In this document: one piece after another, positions 18,416 to 29,300 of the stretch
Layout of the letters: the number at the start of each line of letters is the position of its first letter
How positions within the stretch are numbered: position 1 is the first letter of the stretch
IMG/VR virus record: IMGVR_UViG_3300016467_000772
Location: 1 to 33,957 of that record
Origin: a virus
Lineage: Duplodnaviria > Caudoviricetes
Strand: one strand, 5' to 3'
Length of the DNA: 33,957 nt
Position numbers and translations under genes: made by a program
The notes under the pieces: model-generated
Seen by the model: only the letters and a program-made list of their open reading frames with translations
Database searches by the model: none
What the model was told of the DNA's origin: nothing

Positions 18416-19440
18416 CCAAAGACTGCAACAAGGCCAGCGGCGCCGCAGCACAGCGGCTACGGGCTGCGCTGGGCGTTCAGCCCAAGGCTCGCGAGAGTAG
18501 CGCCAGCTCAAAAGCGCAGAAGCGCATTGCAGAGCTTCAGGCAGAACGCGAAAGAATGGGGCGGCAGCTGGTCGCTGACCTGACCCGACAGCGGCCTGAT
18601 GGCCTGGGAACATTCATCGAGCATCCAGACGCTGCGTCGATGAAGCGAATCGACCGGGTGCAGCGGCGGATCGTGCATGTGGATCGTGCCCTGAACAAGC
18701 TGGAAGGGAAGGAGGCGACGCACAAGCGCTGGGTTGAGGGGGATCCGTATGGTCTGAGCCGTTACTCCGACTTCGAGAGCCCTGGAAGACGCGCCTATGA
18801 GGACAAGTTGATCGCGGATCGTCTTGCTGGCGCGACCAGTACCGGGCGGGCGGTCTTCCTGTCTGGTGGGCCGGCATCAGGGAAATCAACCCTGCGGCAG
18901 CGCGAGTTTGGCGACGCCAAGGGGTTCGTCACAATCGACCCGGACGAGCTGAAGAACGCGGATCCCGTTATGGCGATCGGCGTCGCCCTGGGGATGCGTG
19001 CCGCCGCCGCGCTCGCCCACGAAAACTCCAGTCGCCTCGCGAAACGCCTCTATGGCACCACTCGCGACCAGGGCCTTGATGTGCTGGTCGATGGCACCGG
19101 CGCCAATGCGGGCAAGTACATCAGCCAGATGCAGGAGCTGCAGGGACGTGGATACCGTGTAACCCTGCTGGCTCAGCATGTGCCCGAGGAGGTCGGCGTT
19201 AGCCGCGCCCTGGCCCGCGCAGACAAGGCCGGCCGCTATGTCCCGCCTGAGTTCATCAGGCACGCCTACGAGGTGATCCCCGGCAACTTCGAGCGCCTGG
19301 CCCGTGTCGCAGACAGCGCCACCTTGAACGACGGTGAAAGCAACACGGTGATCATGCGCTACGAGCGCGGCCGCCACGCAGGGGGCGATGCGAAACGAAC
19401 GGCCGAATACCGCAAGCGCTACGGTCGCCCACGCCCGTAG
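18370..19440 (+). CDS. Cys module + zeta-toxin-family P-loop kinase (frameshift continuation of 17399 ORF; ORF-track start 18556)
   Basis: Walker A 'GGPASGKS' (18865-18888), 'TIDPDELK', 'VLVDGTG', 'RADKAGRYVP', typical of Zeta_toxin/AAA_33. Confidence 0.85.
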   Translation, partial: NCERGYGCGSTCIQLTKDCNKASGAAAQRLRAALGVQPKARESSASSKAQKRIAELQAERERMGRQLVADLTRQRPDGLGTFIEHPDAASMKRIDRVQRRIVHVDRALNKLEGKEATHKRWVEGDPYGLSRYSDFESPGRRAYEDKLIADRLAGATSTGRAVFLSGGPASGKSTLRQREFGDAKGFVTIDPDELKNADPVMAIGVALGMRAAAALAHENSSRLAKRLYGTTRDQGLDVLVDGTGANAGKYISQMQELQGRGYRVTLLAQHVPEEVGVSRALARADKAGRYVPPEFIRHAYEVIPGNFERLARVADSATLNDGESNTVIMRYERGRHAGGDAKRTAEYRKRYGRPRP

Positions 19441-19479
19441 CCGACCATCGTCGCGTATACTCGAACAGGAGGACGAGCC

Positions 19480-19665
19480 ATGAGCACAGCAGATCGAGCC
19501 GACAGGGATGCCCGCCGCCAGGCCTATAGGGCTATGCGGGAGGAGATCCCAAGCGTGACACCAGCGCGTGATGCCCAGCTGAAACAGCTGTACCCGGTTG
19601 ATGGCAGCGATACACCAGCCGAATACAAGAAGATCAGCCCTGAGGCATTCTTTGACGGCGATTGA
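19480..19665 (+). CDS. small protein downstream of zeta toxin (candidate antitoxin)
   Basis: 61 aa with AGGAGG RBS at 19467-19472; function inferred from position only. Confidence 0.6.
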   Translation: MSTADRADRDARRQAYRAMREEIPSVTPARDAQLKQLYPVDGSDTPAEYKKISPEAFFDGD

Positions 19666-19753
19666 GGGCAGCCGTCCGGCTTCGCTAGAGGCTGCAAGCC
19701 GGCATTCGCCAGAATGGGAAGACGTGGGCTGGCGATGAATTGTGGAGCTGCTG

Positions 19754-22700
19754 ATGGGGCTGAGCATCCGAGCGGCGGAGGAGCGCATTCAGCGCCTGGA
19801 CGCCAAGATCAAGCAGGCCCCCGGTCAGATGGGCTTCGACTTCAGCGCTCCCCCGCCGGCAGGGAAGGTGCCCAAGGGCGGCGGTGGCACCGGCAGCTCG
19901 CGGAAGCCCAAGGGTAGAAAGGCCCCCAGCGCCAAGGGTGGCGGCACTGGCCAGAGGTGCGGCGGTGGCTGGATTGATCCCCGGAAGGAATGCCACAAGG
20001 GCGGCGGCGGTGCGACCGGTGTAGCGCCCGATGGCAGGGGGCTCAATGGCGGCGGCTCTGCTCGCAAGACGCCTCAGATCCATGAACCATTGACGGTCGG
20101 CGGCAATCAGCCCGGCTGGAAGACCTACAACGTTGCCGCCGAAAAACAGGCCTATAAGGGTGGCCTTCGCTTCTGGCGATCAGCACAAGGGCGTCACCCA
20201 GCCTACTTCTACTTCTTCCGCGACCGCAATGCGGTAGAGCATTGGCTGGCAGATGACAACGCAAAGGCAGATGCTGACATGGAGGCCGGCTCAGACAAGC
20301 GGCGGAGCAAGGAGTGGCAGGCCGAATACAAGGCATCCTATGAATCGCATCGCAACATGTACCGGGAGACCGGTGATTATGATCTGCTCAAGATCGCCGA
20401 GGGCTTCGCGGAGGCGGGCAAGGCAACCCGCGTCGGGACCGTCATCGACGTGCGGATTGCAGGCAACAAGCACTCTCGTCCCATCCGTGATGGGTTCTTC
20501 GATCCCAAGGGCAAGAAGGAAGAATCGCCGCCGGCCACCGCCGAGCCGGTTCTGACCAACCCTGGCAGGGAGGATCCCGGCCTGGCGCCCAAGCCCAAGC
20601 CCACCGGCATCAGCGCCAATGAGGCCGTCACCGCCAAGCAGCAGGCCGATCTGGCAAGGCAGCAACAGCAGGCGGCGCGTGAGGCCGGCGATGACAAAGG
20701 CGCTCAGGCCTGGAAGGAGCGCGAGCGGGCTGTCGAGCGCGAACGCCTCGCCGGAGCTATGCAGCAGCGCCAGCAGAGCCAGACATCCCTGTTCGGCGTC
20801 ACCGAATACGACGAGACGATGCCCCTGTTCCGGGGCGACAGTATCGACCCCGTAGCTCAGCTCTGCGGGCAGATCCTGCGCGAGCAGCTCCCCGGTGCTC
20901 AGGTGCTCGACTGGAGCGCACACCCCCGCGGCATCACCGCCGGCCGTGCCGCCGCCGGTGGGCTTGTCTACCGCTTCCGCCTGGATGCCGCATCCATCGG
21001 CTACAGGCCCGCCTGGGATGGCGTCAGCGAGCAGCAATGGGAGCACCGCTCCGAAGGCTTCCTGCTGGCGCGTGATCCCGCCGTCCGGTTGGATGCCAAG
21101 GCCCGCGCCAAGTTCAGGCAGACCAGCTCAAAACGGAAATGCGGCAAGGGCTATGGCTGCGGATCAGCCTGCATCAGCCTGCAAAAAGAGTGCCGCACTA
21201 CCCCAAAAACCGCTATCGGGAAGCTCAGGCTGAGTCAGCTGCAGGCCCTGGCGAAAGAAGGCGACAGCAAGGCCGCGGCAACTGCTCAGCAGGTGCAGCT
21301 GCAGCGAAATGCGCAGGCCGAGGGGCTTCGCAAGGGTCGACAGGTGAAATCCCTGGAAAAAATGCTGCAGGATCCTGCGGTGGCGGAAATGGTCCGCACC
21401 GGCAAGGTGCCAACGGCTGCGGCCGGCGCAGCGAAGCCGGGGCAGGTGCGAGACGTGAAACCCGATGAAGTCGAGGTTGATGCGGATCGGTTCCAGTACA
21501 AGATCGGCAGCAGCGCCACCGGCGAGGTGGGATCCCTGTCGGGTGTCCGTCGATGGGATCCGAACCTGGCTGGCGTCATCAGCGTTTGGCAGGATCCAGC
21601 GGACGGCAAAACCTATGTCGTCAACGGTCACAACCGTCTTGCGCTGGCCAAGCGCCTGGGGGCCGAGGAGGTCACGGTCAGGTATCTGAAAGCCAAGGAT
21701 GCAAAGGAGGCCCGTGCGATCGGCGCCCTGCAGAACATCGCCGAGGGTGCCGGCAGCGAGATCGATGCTGGCAAGTTCTTCCGTGACACCGGCGTCAAGA
21801 CCCTTGCCGAGGTGGAGGCCAAGGGTCTGCCGCTGCGGAGTGGCAAGGCTCAGAAGGGTCTTGCGCTGGCACAGTTGCCGGATGAAATGTTTGACGACGT
21901 TGTGCATGGCCGTCTGCGGATGCGCCGCGCTGCAGTGATCGGGGCATCAGGGCTCGATCAGGACAAGCAGCGAGAGGTCTACAAGAAGCTCAAGGCGACA
22001 CCATCCATGACGGATGAAACCCTGCAGGAGTATGTCGAGCACCTTGAGGTCAGCACCCGTCAGACGCAGGGAACGATCGACGTTTTTGGCACCGGTGAGA
22101 AGGTGGTCGATAACGGCCTGGCACGGGCTGAACTGGCCAGCGGCCTGAAGAAGGCTCTGGGGCGTGAAGCAAGGCTGCTGAGTGCTGTGTCCAAGAGCGC
22201 TGCAGCTGTTGAGCTGCTGGAGCAACGGGGCGGCAACACGATCAATGTGGAGCAGAGCCAGCAACAGGCCGGCGAAGCCAGCACGGTGTTGCGCACGTTC
22301 GATCAGCTGAAGAGCGTGAGCGGCCCTGTCGCCGACGCATTGAACGATGCCGCCACCCGTGTCACCAACGGGGAGAACAAAAACAAGGTCATGCGGGAGC
22401 TGCGGGCCAAGATCATTGATGCGCTTGAGGAGGAGCTGAAGCGCCTGGGGTTGAAGAAGCCCGACTCGACGGTCAACGAAGCACCGACCATGAGCATCTT
22501 CGATCGGGCCGACCGCTTCGACAGCCTGCTGGTCCGCATTGACGCCCTGAAGCGCAAGTGCCAGACCGGCTACGCCTGTGGCAGCACCTGCATCAGCGCC
22601 GACAAGGATTGTCGGTCCAGCGGCAAGGCCACGACCGGCAAGGAGCGCCTGAAGCGGCTGGAGCAGGCTGCCCAGGGCGGCAGCGCCGGCCGCGGCATCG

Positions 22701-23359
22701 GTCGCCTGAGGGGCGAAAGCGCAGCAGCCAAGGCCGGGGAGATCAGGGCATCCCGCGCACAGCAGGCCGCTGCGCTCCGCCAACAGCGCGGGCAACAGCG
22801 CGGCCGTGCCGGGGCCCTGGCGATTGGCGGGCGTGCAACACCTGAGGTGATCACGCCTGAGGTGATCACGCCCGAGCAGGGAGCGAATGGGATCGCTCGG
22901 CGCCGCGGCCGTCGTCCGGGCAGCATCGCGGATCTGATGCAGCAGGGACTGGATCAGCTGAAGGCCTCAGATGCCCGTCACATGGGGATGCTTGCCGAGC
23001 AGCTCTTTGAGACCAGCTGGAAGGTCGAGAGGCGCACCCGGTTCCCTGGCATGAGCAAGGACCAGGCGCGAGACGCCTTCAAGGCTGATTTCGTGCGGAA
23101 GATGCAAGAGGGCGCGAGCTCGCCCGAGGCCGCTGCTCGCCAGCAGGAGCGCCGCCGGAAGGTGTCGGAGGCCGGCAGCCTGGCAGGCGCCATGAAGGTG
23201 CTGCTCGAAGAAATGAAGCAGGGCGATCAACGGCTGGAGCAGATGGGGCGCGACGTGATCAACGCGAGAATCGCAGCTGAAGAGATTGGCGAGAATGGCG
23301 ATGGGCCGGCGCTTGGCGGCAGCACCGGCCGCCGCCGGCTGGGGGGCCGCCGCCCGTGA
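19754..23359 (+). CDS. large polyvalent modular protein with ParB-like domain and three Cys modules
   Basis: ATG 19754 after GGAG; CGGGWIDPRKEC 19958-19993; Cys modules 21140-21193 and 22559-22612; ParB-like 'VDADRFQYK...GVISVWQDPADGKTYVVNGHNRLALAKRLG'. Confidence 0.85.
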   Translation: MGLSIRAAEERIQRLDAKIKQAPGQMGFDFSAPPPAGKVPKGGGGTGSSRKPKGRKAPSAKGGGTGQRCGGGWIDPRKECHKGGGGATGVAPDGRGLNGGGSARKTPQIHEPLTVGGNQPGWKTYNVAAEKQAYKGGLRFWRSAQGRHPAYFYFFRDRNAVEHWLADDNAKADADMEAGSDKRRSKEWQAEYKASYESHRNMYRETGDYDLLKIAEGFAEAGKATRVGTVIDVRIAGNKHSRPIRDGFFDPKGKKEESPPATAEPVLTNPGREDPGLAPKPKPTGISANEAVTAKQQADLARQQQQAAREAGDDKGAQAWKERERAVERERLAGAMQQRQQSQTSLFGVTEYDETMPLFRGDSIDPVAQLCGQILREQLPGAQVLDWSAHPRGITAGRAAAGGLVYRFRLDAASIGYRPAWDGVSEQQWEHRSEGFLLARDPAVRLDAKARAKFRQTSSKRKCGKGYGCGSACISLQKECRTTPKTAIGKLRLSQLQALAKEGDSKAAATAQQVQLQRNAQAEGLRKGRQVKSLEKMLQDPAVAEMVRTGKVPTAAAGAAKPGQVRDVKPDEVEVDADRFQYKIGSSATGEVGSLSGVRRWDPNLAGVISVWQDPADGKTYVVNGHNRLALAKRLGAEEVTVRYLKAKDAKEARAIGALQNIAEGAGSEIDAGKFFRDTGVKTLAEVEAKGLPLRSGKAQKGLALAQLPDEMFDDVVHGRLRMRRAAVIGASGLDQDKQREVYKKLKATPSMTDETLQEYVEHLEVSTRQTQGTIDVFGTGEKVVDNGLARAELASGLKKALGREARLLSAVSKSAAAVELLEQRGGNTINVEQSQQQAGEASTVLRTFDQLKSVSGPVADALNDAATRVTNGENKNKVMRELRAKIIDALEEELKRLGLKKPDSTVNEAPTMSIFDRADRFDSLLVRIDALKRKCQTGYACGSTCISADKDCRSSGKATTGKERLKRLEQAAQGGSAGRGIGRLRGESAAAKAGEIRASRAQQAAALRQQRGQQRGRAGALAIGGRATPEVITPEVITPEQGANGIARRRGRRPGSIADLMQQGLDQLKASDARHMGMLAEQLFETSWKVERRTRFPGMSKDQARDAFKADFVRKMQEGASSPEAAARQQERRRKVSEAGSLAGAMKVLLEEMKQGDQRLEQMGRDVINARIAAEEIGENGDGPALGGSTGRRRLGGRRP
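22841..22870 (+). repeat. 15-nt exact tandem duplication (PEVIT x2)
   Basis: cctgaggtgatcacg twice. Confidence 0.9.
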
Positions 23360-24342
23360 GCAGATCCACGCCCGCGACCCTTCGCCACCAGCGGGCCCGC
23401 CTGGATGCCCTGGAGGCCCGCGCTGATGCGCTGAAACGCAAGTGCCAGACCGGCTACGCCTGCGGGAGCACCTGCATCGACAGGGACAAGGATTGCGCCA
23501 GGCAGTCCGGCGCCGCCGCTGAAGGCCTCCGGCAGCGGATCAAGGGGTATGCCCGCCGGTTGCTTGGCCGCACCGGTCGCACCGAGCGTCAGCCGCCTCC
23601 CAGCGCAGCGTCCGCAACGGCTGCCGCGGCCCGGATTCAGGCCATGGCAGCGGCTCGGCGGCAACAGGAGAGGGAACAGCAGCAGCGCGATGAGGAAATG
23701 CTCAGTCGCCCACCCCGGCCCTGGGCAGTCAAGCGAGTCGAGCACCGTGAGCAGAAGGACGGCGATGCCATTGGCTGGCACGACAGCCGCTTTGAGGTCC
23801 AACTGGAGCGCCCGCTACGGCTCCCGGTGGCACACGGCAAAGGGAGCAAGGTCTACGACAGGCTCAGTTTCTCAGTGGCCGTTGAGCCGGCCAATGCGGC
23901 GCCGGTCGCCAGGCAGTTGCTGAAGCAGGGCGTCTCCCTGCCCCGCGAAGCGGTCGCCAGTGCTCTTGAGCTCGGATGGGCCACTGGCGCCGGTGGCAGC
24001 GAGTCCCTGCTCACTGCAGAGCGGCTTTCATTGCCTCAGGACGTAGCGCGGCGATTCTCGCGGGAGATCTCAAAACAGGTGAAAGCCCTGGTCTCCAGAT
24101 CGGAAGAGGGGCAGATCGTCTTGTGCAGCGCTTACGACGAAGACGGCGCCGGTGAAAAGCGTCAATCGCTTTACAAGCGAGCCGGCTTCACCTTTATCGA
24201 CGGCGTTGGCGTTGCCGTCGTGCGCAACGGCAAGCTCAGTCGCATCGAGGGTGCCCGCGGTGATCGACAGGATGCCGCCGACGAGATCAACCTGGATGAC
24301 CTGATTTACAAACTGCTCACACTGGAGCCCGCAGACCGATGA
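23356..24342 (+). CDS. modular protein: RLDAL leader + Cys module + GNAT-like C-terminal domain
   Basis: Cys module 23443-23496; C-terminal 'VLCSAYDEDGAGEKRQSLYKRAGF' resembles the GNAT 'LYxRxGF' motif. CDS is solid; the domain call is tentative. Confidence 0.7.
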   Translation: MSRSTPATLRHQRARLDALEARADALKRKCQTGYACGSTCIDRDKDCARQSGAAAEGLRQRIKGYARRLLGRTGRTERQPPPSAASATAAAARIQAMAAARRQQEREQQQRDEEMLSRPPRPWAVKRVEHREQKDGDAIGWHDSRFEVQLERPLRLPVAHGKGSKVYDRLSFSVAVEPANAAPVARQLLKQGVSLPREAVASALELGWATGAGGSESLLTAERLSLPQDVARRFSREISKQVKALVSRSEEGQIVLCSAYDEDGAGEKRQSLYKRAGFTFIDGVGVAVVRNGKLSRIEGARGDRQDAADEINLDDLIYKLLTLEPADR

Positions 24343-26378
24343 CACGCATCGTTGAGCACCAGCGGGCCCGGCTGGATGCCCTGCTCGCCCGCGCTGATGC
24401 CCTGAAGCGGAAATGCCAGACCGGCTACGCCTGCGGGAGCACCTGCATCAACGTCAAGAAGGAATGCCGATCGGAGGGTGGCGCCGCCGTCAGCAAGGAA
24501 AGGATCAAGCGCCTGGAGCAGCTGGCCAAGGGTGAGATCAAACCTCGCGGCATCGGCACCCCCAAGCCGGAGGAAGCGGCGGCCCTGGCGGGCGCCCTGC
24601 GCACTGCCCGCACCAGCAAGGCCGGTGAGCTCCGTGATCAACGCAAGGCTGCAAGGGAGGCCAAGGAGCAAGCGGCGGCCACCAAGCAGGCAGCGACCAC
24701 CCGCGCCGCCAAGGCCACCGCCAACCCCCGCGCAGAGGCCGATACGGTCGAATCGTCGGGCGATTACGACTTCGCCCGCAAGTCCGAGGTGCAGAACGCT
24801 GGCGAGGACATTGCTCTGTCAGCCCGTCACCGGCGCAATGCCTTCCGCACCATCGAAGAAGCCGAGGCGTCTGGTCAGGTTGAAAAGATCCTGACCAGGG
24901 ACAATCTCTTCAAGAACTTCCCGACCGATCTGGTCAGCGGCATTGACGAGCACAACGCACTCAGCCGGCTGGAGGCGCACTATGCGCTGCGTGCATTCCC
25001 TAGTCTCGCCGCAAAGGACGTGGATAAGTATGTCGCAGCTGCCAAGAGACGCAAGGACCAAAGGGATGCCGATCCTTCCCGACAGTTCACGCCAGAAGAG
25101 GCCGTCGATGCCAAGACGGTGCGAAAGCAGTATTTCGACACGTTCCAAGAGTTGCGGCAGATGGTCGAGAGCAATAAGGACCTGCCGCCCGGCGAATTGC
25201 GTCGCAAGATGACAGCCCGAATCTCCGAAATGATCGGAACGCTACGCAAGCAATCCGGCGAAGGATACGGCCGCACCTATCGAGACCCCTTCAATCCTGT
25301 CGCCAATAGCCTGATCAGTATGCACGACAGGCTCAGAAAGACCGGCAAGACATCTTTATATGGGCAGATGAATGAGTTTGCCAAGGCGCTCAAGGCCACC
25401 GGCGACATGGATCAGGGCGCCGAAACGGCCATGAAGCGTGCTGCTGAGGCCGCGGCAAAGGTGATCGAAGGCGCCAGCCTGGATAAGGCCTTTGGGCGAG
25501 AGGGCAACGGTAAGTGGCGGTTCACCTCTGCTGAGCGCTATGTCGGCGCCGTCCGACGTTCTGGCGGGCGATCGGTGGGTGGCACCCCCGAGCAGGCCAC
25601 GGATGCCATCGTCAAGGGCCTGGGCTTCCGCGGGCTCCAGTACGGCAACTCTGTGACCGATGACGAGCGGCGGCACCATGTTCAGAAGGCTGCTGAGGCT
25701 CTGGTCGATCTCGCGGATGCCATCGGCTTGCCCGACTCTGCGATCGGTCTGAACGGCACCCTGGCCCTGGCCATCGGCGCCCGCGGTCGCGGTGGCGCCG
25801 TCGCTCACTATGAGCCTGACCTGAAGGTGATCAACCTCACCCGCAAGAACGGTGTCGGCTCGCTGGCCCACGAGTGGGCGCATGCGCTCGATAACTACGC
25901 CGCGGGTGGGCAGAGTTTCCTCTCTGATTACGTTGGATCCCCTGAGCAGCGCAGCAAGATGCTCAGCGTCGTCAACAGTTGGAGTGAGAGCGCCTATACG
26001 CAGTCCTGTTACGCCGCGCTACGCGAGATCAGGCAAAACGGCGGCATGGTGAATGAAAAATACTGGCTCAGCCACGTTGAAATGTTCGCCCGTTCTTTCG
26101 AGGGCTATGTCGCGCTCAAGCAGCTGAAGGCTGGCAAGGCAAACACCTATCAGACACGCGAGTTCACGGAGAGAGGGGCGAAAAAGGCTGGCCAGCTTCC
26201 CTTTGTTGGTGAAGGCCTGTGGCCGACAGAGGAGCAGGCCCGGAAAATGGAACCGATGTTTGATGCCCTGATCGCTCAGCTGCGACAGGACAAGTTCCCC
26301 GGCCCCACCAACCGGACCGACAGCCGCGACGAACGGATCTGGCGGTTCATGCACGCCATCGCCGGTGCCCGCCGATGA
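24339..26378 (+). CDS. modular protein: leader + Cys module + LPD1-like zincin domain
   Basis: Cys module 24414-24467; 'FRGLQYGNSV...ALVDLADAIG...LNGTLALAIGARGRGGAVAHYEP...VINLTRKNGVGSLAHEWAHALD...EMFARSFE' matches LPD1-type large polyvalent proteins. Confidence 0.85.
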   Translation: MTRIVEHQRARLDALLARADALKRKCQTGYACGSTCINVKKECRSEGGAAVSKERIKRLEQLAKGEIKPRGIGTPKPEEAAALAGALRTARTSKAGELRDQRKAAREAKEQAAATKQAATTRAAKATANPRAEADTVESSGDYDFARKSEVQNAGEDIALSARHRRNAFRTIEEAEASGQVEKILTRDNLFKNFPTDLVSGIDEHNALSRLEAHYALRAFPSLAAKDVDKYVAAAKRRKDQRDADPSRQFTPEEAVDAKTVRKQYFDTFQELRQMVESNKDLPPGELRRKMTARISEMIGTLRKQSGEGYGRTYRDPFNPVANSLISMHDRLRKTGKTSLYGQMNEFAKALKATGDMDQGAETAMKRAAEAAAKVIEGASLDKAFGREGNGKWRFTSAERYVGAVRRSGGRSVGGTPEQATDAIVKGLGFRGLQYGNSVTDDERRHHVQKAAEALVDLADAIGLPDSAIGLNGTLALAIGARGRGGAVAHYEPDLKVINLTRKNGVGSLAHEWAHALDNYAAGGQSFLSDYVGSPEQRSKMLSVVNSWSESAYTQSCYAALREIRQNGGMVNEKYWLSHVEMFARSFEGYVALKQLKAGKANTYQTREFTERGAKKAGQLPFVGEGLWPTEEQARKMEPMFDALIAQLRQDKFPGPTNRTDSRDERIWRFMHAIAGARR

Positions 26379-29300
26379 AGACCGCCAGCCTCGCTGCTCG
26401 CCTGGACGCCCTGCAGGCCCGGCTGGATGCCCGCCGCCGCGCCGAGGCGCCCGGCCAGATGGGTCTCGACTTCACCGCCCCCGCCCCCGCCCCCGGAGGA
26501 GGCGAGAAGTGCGGCGGCAGCTGGATCGACCCCAAGAAGGAATGCCACAAGGGGCCGGGCGGAGCGATCCCCGAGCGCCCCAGTGAGGCCCGGCGCAGCA
26601 AGCCGAAAGAGCGGATCTCCTTCCCCGATCCGATCGTGGGTCCCACCGGCGCCAAGCTCACCGGCTACACCTGGCAGTGGACCCTGACCGAGGACCTGGA
26701 TCACCGGGGCGAACCGGTCGAGAAACGAGTATCCGACTGGGAAAAGAGCATTGCCAGCGTCGAAACCGGCCGGAACGTGGTTCACCAGTTCGATGTTGAG
26801 GTCAACGGCGAAACGCGCACTGTCAGCGCCGAATCTGCCCTGAAGCTGATGGGCTTCATCAGCGATGCCGACCGCAAGGCCTTCGGCAGCATCAAGAGCG
26901 GCGCCCGCACCGTCGCCCGGCTGCGCATGGCACAGCAGGAGCTGGATCAGAGGGAGAAGGCATGGCAGAAGGACTGGGATGCCGTAGAGGCCTCGCCGCG
27001 GCCACCGCTTGAGGTCGGCGAGTGGGAGGAGGTGTCGGCCGCCGGCCGCAGTGGAGCGTACCGGCGCCGCGCCTGGAGAGCCGGCGACATCGAGGATTAT
27101 CAGATCTGGAACGAGCTCGGCGCCTTCCCGGACCAGGACCAGGCCGCCCACGTCTGGGTGCAGTGGAAGGCAAAGGAAATGGAGCGCCGCGGGTGGGATT
27201 ACACCGGCCAGCGCAAGCGCTCGATGCAGAGCAGCATCGAGCGGCAGCGCGACGATCTGACGAAGCGGCTGGCCAAGGCTGAGGCCAAGCTGAAGGCGCT
27301 CACCGGATCGGGCTCCACCATGGCGGCTGACGGCCGCGGCGACTCAGCCGATCGCATCGACGCCCTGCAGGCCCGGATGGACCGCCGCTGCCAGCGGCCG
27401 GATGGCAGCTACTACGGCACCAGCGGCGAATGCAAGAAGGGCAAGCAGGCTGGCGCCGTAGCAGCTGCCAAGAAGGCGGCGCCGAGGGCTCCGCGCACGC
27501 CAGCAGTCAAGACCCGCGCCAAGGCTGCACCGGCGACCAAGGCGACCCCGGCTGCCAAGGCTGCAGCGGTCGCCAGGGCCGCCAAGAAGGCACCACCTGC
27601 CGATCCCGCTGCCTCGGCTGCCAAGAAGGCCGCTTCGAGAGCGACCAACGGGCCAGCCGCGCCGGCCGCCAAGACCCGCGCCAAGGCGACCAAGGCGACC
27701 AAGGCGGCCCCGGCCGTGACAAGCAGCCCGCTCAAGAACATCAGGGATGAAGCGGCGGTCCAGCGTCAACTGCTGACAGAAGAGGCAAAGATCAGGAAGC
27801 TGCCAGAAGAGAACATTGTCGTCATCAGCCCCAAGGGCAAGGTGCTCTATCGCGGCACAGAAGGCGATAGCAACCACGTCGCCATGGGCAAAGGTGAAGG
27901 CCTATACGACGACTTCCTCACCGTTACTCACAACCACCCGGAGGCTGGAAACCAGGGCTATGACGCCAAGGTCAAAGGCTCGCAGCTCACTGCAGGATTC
28001 TCGCCGGGTGATCTGAAATCAGCCATCAAGCGCTACATGGCCGAAATGCGAGTCGTGGGCGCCACCAGGGCCTACAGCTTCAAGCCGTCCTATAGCAAGA
28101 TCGAGAACGTAGGGCTAGTGGTTGACAGGGCCAAGACATTCAATCAGGAAATCCAGACCGCCTACGAACTGGGTCGCTCAAACCGAATGAGATCGGAAAT
28201 GGAGGTGAGCGAGAAGTTTGCGCAGCGGATCAAGGAAGCCGAACGGCAGTGGTGGAATCCCGTCAAGCGCCGCAAGGCGGGCCGGCTCAAGGTGATGCGC
28301 GATCGTTCGGCGCAGGCCATGGCCGCCACCGCGCACTTTCGGGAGCAGGCCAGTGCGCTGCGCGTTCTGCGTGACCATGGATGGGACATCACATCACGCC
28401 GTAGCCGAGATCTCGAAGCGGCACCCGCTCGGCGGGCCGACCGCATCGACGCCCTGGAGCAGCGCCTGGATGCCCTGAAGCGGAAATGCCAGACCGGCTA
28501 CGGCTGTGGCTCGGCGTGCATCAGCGTCAAGAAGGAATGTCGCAGTAGCCCGAGCGCCGCGATCAGCAAGGAACGCATCCGCCGGCTGGAGCAGCTCGCC
28601 AAGGGTGAGATCAAGCCGCGGGGCATTGGCACCCCCAAGCCGGGCGAGGCAGCTGCTCTGGCGAGCGGGCTTCGCGCTGCCCGCAGTGGCAAGGCCGGCA
28701 GCCTGCGCGATCAACGCAAGGCCGCCGCTGCTGCCAAGGCCGCAGCAACGGAACAGCCGGAGCGTCCCCAGCGCACACGCCGGGCACCGGGCACAAGCCG
28801 GCCGCCCAAGGATCCCAACCGCAAGCCCGGTGTGAAGGTGCTGCTCCGCCGCGCCAAGCCGGGCGGCGAGTACGGGCCAGACGGCCACTGGTATCCCGGC
28901 GGCGCCTGGATCAGTGAAGGCAGCTATGTCGGTGCCAAGCCTCAGGGAGAAGGCGAAGCCGCCGGCAACGCCGGCAAGGGCAAGCCGGGAGGCGGCGAGG
29001 AACGAGTGATTCGCCCCCGGCGCCCCCGGTTCCCGGAACGCCCGCTACAGCCCAGAGGAGAGGGTCTGCCGCAGCCAGCCGGGCTGAAGAAGATCGCCAC
29101 GAAAAACGACGAGATCTTCTTTGGCCGTGACGGCTTCATCCGCTACCCGCAACCGAAGGGTGCTCCAGGCCTGGAAGGAACGCTGTTTGAGGCGGCGGTG
29201 ATCCAGCGGATGACCACAGAAGAACTCAAGTGGGCGACGGAGCAAATCCGGCAGAGGGTTGAGGCATCTGGCGATCAAAATACAAAAGACTGGTTCCGTG

